Positions 59,950 through 64,000 of a stretch of DNA of 64,000 bases are shown here, in pieces (the first letter of the stretch is position 1; each line of letters opens with the position of its first letter). The position numbers and the translations under genes are program-made. The notes below the pieces were generated by a model. That model did no database searches. It worked only from the letters and a program-made list of their open reading frames with translations, and was not told where the DNA came from. This DNA is from Basidiobolus meristosporus CBS 931.73. Its lineage: Eukaryota; Fungi; Basidiobolomycota. Location: NCBI GenBank assembly GCA_002104905.1, contig MCFE01000122.1, positions 97,639-161,638 on the forward strand, in the 5' to 3' direction.

Positions 59950-61546
59950 TGAGGTTATAGTTGGGATTAGGGTTCTGGTGCTTTGTTGGGATAATGAGTA
60001 TTGTAATGGAACACACATGCTAAAGGAGCAAATACTGGCTGATGTAAAGCCTGTGTAAGCAAGAGGGATAGTTGGGAGTACTCAGAGTGTGACAAATATG
60101 TCAAAGTGGTTTGATCATTAAAGGGCTAGGCAATCTCATAGCAGCTGGTAATCACTTGTGGTAGTGGTATAGATATTCCAAGGCAGAAGCTTAAGTCTAA
60201 ATGCAGCTATTATGCAATGTAATCTTCTGACCAAAGCTCACTGAGTATGAATCTGGATGAGTGCATCAGTATCCTTGAATTTAAAGCATCTTTCAGCATG
60301 AGAATAGCATATTGGGCACTTGGAGCCAAGACACAACATATTCATCCTCCATCTGATAGCCTGGAGTAAATAGAAGGTGCTCTTCAGGTAAAATGACACA
60401 TCAGCACCACATGTGGGAAGGGGGGTAGCAAGAGAGGTAAGAATCATTTGCAAACAATATTGATAAGGGGAATGTAATAAGGAATGATACACATCAAAAA
60501 GGGAGTGTGCTGCCTCAGATAATGCTGCCAAAGGTCTGTCAAGTACTCCAGGTAGGCCAGCTTGGGTTTTTCTGACTGCAGAATATAATGAGCAAACTAC
60601 TTGACTTCAGGATCTCCAAATAAGGTTCTTCATCAGGAGACAGGTGTAGTGTGGTGTGTTATCTTCCAGGCCTTGATCAGTGGGTTGTTGCAGTGGTGAA
60701 GTCTGAGATATAATCTAGTTCTAAGGTGGAGAAGTCTGATCTTATGGGGCATAAGCCCAAAAGCACCAAGAATAGCATGTCTGTAGGGGCATTCAGGCAG
60801 ATGAGGCACCAAGGAGGTAATGCACCACACTGCAAACTTGTCAAGCTTAGTGCAGTCTCTAGAAGTAAGAGAGAGAAGTGGTAAGCCAAATTCCAGGACA
60901 GGAAAGACAAACTGCTTGAGTAGAAGGAGGCAGCTGGGAGCTGAAGTTGTAGGAGGAGTAACAGCCAGTAGCTTGTGGAGTGCCTGTCTTGCCAGGATAA
61001 TTCTCTTCTTCAGGTGTGCTCCAGAGTCTAGTCCAGTAGGAAGGAAAGGAAAGCCAAGATATGTAGCAGAAACCTGAGCAGGTAGAGTGGAGTTCTCCAA
61101 GTTGATGGGAGAGCCCAAAGGTACTGTCTTTGCAATGGAAAGCTGGAGATTATTCTTCTGCAGATACTGGTGGATGGTCTGGGAGTCTTGTTGCACATTG
61201 GAGGAGGATATTCTGATGTCATCAGCAAAGAGAGTAACCAGGCAGTCAGCTGAGAGTCTTGGGAAATCACTCAGGAAGATGGCAAACAGTATAGGACCAA
61301 GCACAGAGCCTTGAACCACTCCATTAGGAACTGAGAACACAGCTGATTGCTCACTTGGGTGCAGAATTCTTGCTTGTGGATCCAGAAACAGAGACCTGAC
61401 AAGGAGGGTGAGAGAGGTACTGGAGAAGCATTGCAACTTGGACCAAAGCAGATTTCTGTCAACTGAATCAAAGGCCTTAGTAATATCAAACAGAACAGAG
61501 GGATACTTGCACTGGAGAGAGTGATCTTGGCTAAGTATGACTGCAT
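59950..61546 (-). mobile_element. 5'-truncated non-LTR (LINE) retrotransposon: RT and C-terminal Cys/His region, decayed
   Basis: LFDITKAFDSVDRNLLW, GVVQGSVLGPILFAIF, LFADD, TYLGFPF; downstream RWRMNML...CPIC..HAERC. The frame continues to about 59950 if TGA stops are read as decayed CGA. Confidence 0.9.
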
Positions 61547-61554
61547 ATTCCTAC

Positions 61555-61781
61555 TTAGGGTTAGGGTGTAGGTGTTATAGTAAGGGCTAGGAAAAGGTTA
61601 GAAGAGCAGGGGGTCTGGGGGACGCAGTCCCCTAGAGAATAAAAAAGCAGGGGGTTTGGGGGATGCAATCCCCCATACTGCTCCCATACTCTTTAAATTC
61701 ACGTTGGGTTACTTTTCTCTCATTCTTGGTTCTGGTCCCTTAGGGTTAGAATTCCTCCTCCTAACCCTTATCACCCTAACC
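61555..61781. repeat. Interstitial telomere-like repeats and paired GC-rich hairpin motifs
   Basis: (TTAGGG)2 at 61555-61566; hairpin motifs at 61605-61635 and 61646-61675; AGGGTTAG/CTAACCCT stem at 61742-61768. Confidence 0.75.
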
Positions 61782-62204
61782 ATAGATATTTTTACCCTAC
61801 AATTGGCACATTGTCTGCTCATATAGTGGGCATGTCTGGGCCAATATTTGTCTCCCTATACTGTCCATATGCTCTGTATAAGTCTTGATGACTATTTAAT
61901 TAATAAATTGTTACTTTTAATGTATATCTAATAATTAATGGGATTCATCCCAATCTGGCCACAATCCCATATTTTGATAAGCTTTGGGCACCATAAATTG
62001 CGCGGCCCTAATATGATAAAAAAATTCATGGCCAATACAAATTTTCTGTAACCCGATTGCTTTTACCAAATACAAAGTGTATCCCAAAGTTCAATATATA
62101 TTATGGCTATAATAGAAACTTTATTTGACACCATCGCAACTACTACTTATGTTCTATGCGCACATGTATCCCGCGGGAATTGTAAAACTTAGCCACGTGG
62201 TACA

Positions 62205-62975
62205 AAAGTGCTTTTATTTTTCATCATGATAGTTTTACATGAGTTCCTAACGCACTTTGAAAGAACGCAGTAGCCATACCCCAACAGGTTTTAAGGATGT
62301 CCACTAGCTACATCTACTTGTGTCTAGCAGGAGCCATCAATCATCAGCCGCGCAATACTGAAATGCTTTTATTTTTCATCATGCTAGTTTTGTATGAATC
62401 CCTGACGCACTTTCATAGTGCGCGGTAACCATACCCCAACAGGTTTTAAGGATACACACTTGCTACGTTTACTTGTGTCTAGCGGGAGTTATCAATCATC
62501 AGCCGTGCGGTAATAAAGTGCTTTTATTTTTCATCATGATAGTTTTACATGAGTCCCTAACGCACTTTTATAGTGCGTGGTAACCATACCCCAACAGGTT
62601 TTAAGGATACCCACTTGCTACGTTTACTTGTGTCTAGCAGGAGTTATCAATCATCAGCCGCACGGTAATAAAGTGCTTTTATTTCTCATCATGATAGTTT
62701 TACATGAGTCCTTAACGCACTTTCATAGTGCGCGGTAACCATACCCCAACAGGTTTTAAGGATACCCACTTGCTACGTTTACTTGTGTCTAGCGGGAGTT
62801 ATCAATCATCAGCCGCGCGGTAATAAAGTGCTTTTATTTTTCATCATGATAGTTTTACATGAGTCCCTAACGCACTTTTATAGTGTGCGGTAATCATACC
62901 CCCAGAAAGTAGTGTGGATGCTTACTTTAAACGCTCACTTGTGTATTGTACGGACTATCAACAAACAGCCACGTG
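62205..62975. repeat. 155-bp tandem repeat array, about 5 units (outer units diverged)
   Basis: GCTTTTATTT(T/C)TCATCATG begins at 62210, 62365, 62520, 62675 and 62830, an exact 155-bp period. Confidence 0.95.
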
Positions 62976-63148
62976 GGAATGGAACATCATTGAAAAGCAT
63001 TGCTTTGTTGTTAGCAAGTATTGATGCGCAAATAGTGGTACTATGTGAATTATTGAGTAACTATTTACTCTAGTTGGTTCCAAGATATTCCTAGACAATA
63101 TGCTCAAAATTAATATTAGCATCAATAGCTTGCTCTTTGATCACTAAA

Positions 63149-63187
63149 CCACCGCACCCAATATGCGGTGGCCTTGGTTTTGTCTAG
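63149..63187 (+). mobile_element. Helitron-like 3' terminus (8-bp GC hairpin, 12 nt, CTAG)
   Basis: CCACCGCA-CCCAATA-TGCGGTGG then CTAG at 63184-63187; the next base is C rather than the canonical T. Confidence 0.4.
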
Positions 63188-63361
63188 CCGTTGAAGAATG
63201 AAACCAGAGTACAGTCACAAGAGAGGCAAAAGTGAAATGTGATGAAGTAAGTGTATATGAAAGTAATATAAATCTACAGGACAGAAGAGAACAACTAGTA
63301 GTTAAACAGCACTCACTGACACTCCACCGAGTAGAGCACCAACACGGACAATAAACAAGTC

Positions 63362-63823
63362 ATGAGGGGAAAGCTTAAGGACCACTACTTGGGGATCAAG
63401 ACCAAAAGAGGAAGCTGCCTCTACCATAGCAGTCCTCGCGCTCCAAAGGAAGACCAAGAGTCTATTATAGACAAAGATTGCGGCGAGAAGAGCAGTACAA
63501 TTACCAGTTCTGGTAGTGGTACCTTTGGAAGTCCCAAATACCTGGAGAAAACTTGGAAAAAATTGGCAGATGACTCAGTTGTCCTGAGGAGAAAACAAAC
63601 CAATGCAATTGAGCAGTTCCGAAACAAACTTCAGCTTAATTCTTCTTTGCCTCACTATAAAGTACTCCAAGTGGCTTATTTGGATTATAAGCGTATGAAG
63701 GAGAATCAGGCAGAGACTGATAAATTAAGTGATAGTCAATTGCATCACTTCTTAGATCAGGTAGAGAAACAGTCGCACAGCCAAGAGACGGAACAAGAAT
63801 TGATGATTACAGAAACCAAATAA
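63362..63823 (+). CDS. Orphan 153-aa ORF, weak helix-loop-helix-like pattern
   Basis: Open frame in AT-rich DNA; RRKQTNAIEQFRNKL...LPHYKVLQVAYLDYKRM loosely resembles bHLH helices. May be an exon of a larger gene. Confidence 0.4.
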   Translation: MRGKLKDHYLGIKTKRGSCLYHSSPRAPKEDQESIIDKDCGEKSSTITSSGSGTFGSPKYLEKTWKKLADDSVVLRRKQTNAIEQFRNKLQLNSSLPHYKVLQVAYLDYKRMKENQAETDKLSDSQLHHFLDQVEKQSHSQETEQELMITETK

Positions 63824-64000
63824 TTTTGCCAATGTAGTTTTGCATTTTAATAAAATAAAAGGGTGTTAATAAGAACAGAATAAAGTTAACTTATGTGTAC
63901 ATCAAATGATTCAAATACTGGCTAGATGGATGTTACATAGGAGCAAGAAGCTCAGTAACCTCAAAGGAAAGATATGATGAATGGGCCACCGACATCATCC

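Noticed and set aside
61555-61566. True chromosome end (telomere)
   Set aside because: Only two perfect TTAGGG units and ordinary sequence continues beyond them.
62205-62975. Retrozyme-like hammerhead array (CTGATGA on the minus strand of each unit)
   Set aside because: No stem II closing onto a GAAA and no matching stem III/UH arrangement, so the hammerhead core cannot be folded.

Overview
Eukaryotic (fungal) genomic DNA, most consistent with an early-diverging fungus (possibly Zoopagomycota; this is inference from short GT-AG introns, fungal-type RPS0/RPL27 and retention of TRAIP- and group XII PLA2-like genes). Three compartments. (1) About 1-27 kb is a CpG-stripped stack of nested, decayed transposons: a Ty3/gypsy 5' half, a solo LTR, three interleaved Ty1/copia copies of one hemivirus-type family, and several self-nested copies of a CMC/EnSpm-type DNA transposon with CCCTA termini, including one complete 5,490-bp copy with an AGG target duplication. 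(2) About 27.5-57.3 kb is a dense, CpG-rich island of 14 host genes: HEI10, a kinase-less BUB1-like gene, LMBRD2, twinfilin, an AlkB dioxygenase, a secreted group XII PLA2-like protein, MOB4, RPS0, RPL27, a histidine phosphatase, an MFS/MCT transporter, a TMX-like thioredoxin, PP2A B56, a 1,159-aa secreted Gly-rich repeat protein, plus TRAIP and an M28 aminopeptidase. (3) About 58-64 kb holds a truncated copia, a 5'-truncated LINE bordered by telomere-like repeats, paired GC hairpins, a 155-bp tandem array, a Helitron-like 3' end and an orphan ORF. Gene boundaries of spliced genes were read by eye and are approximate; no database search was run.
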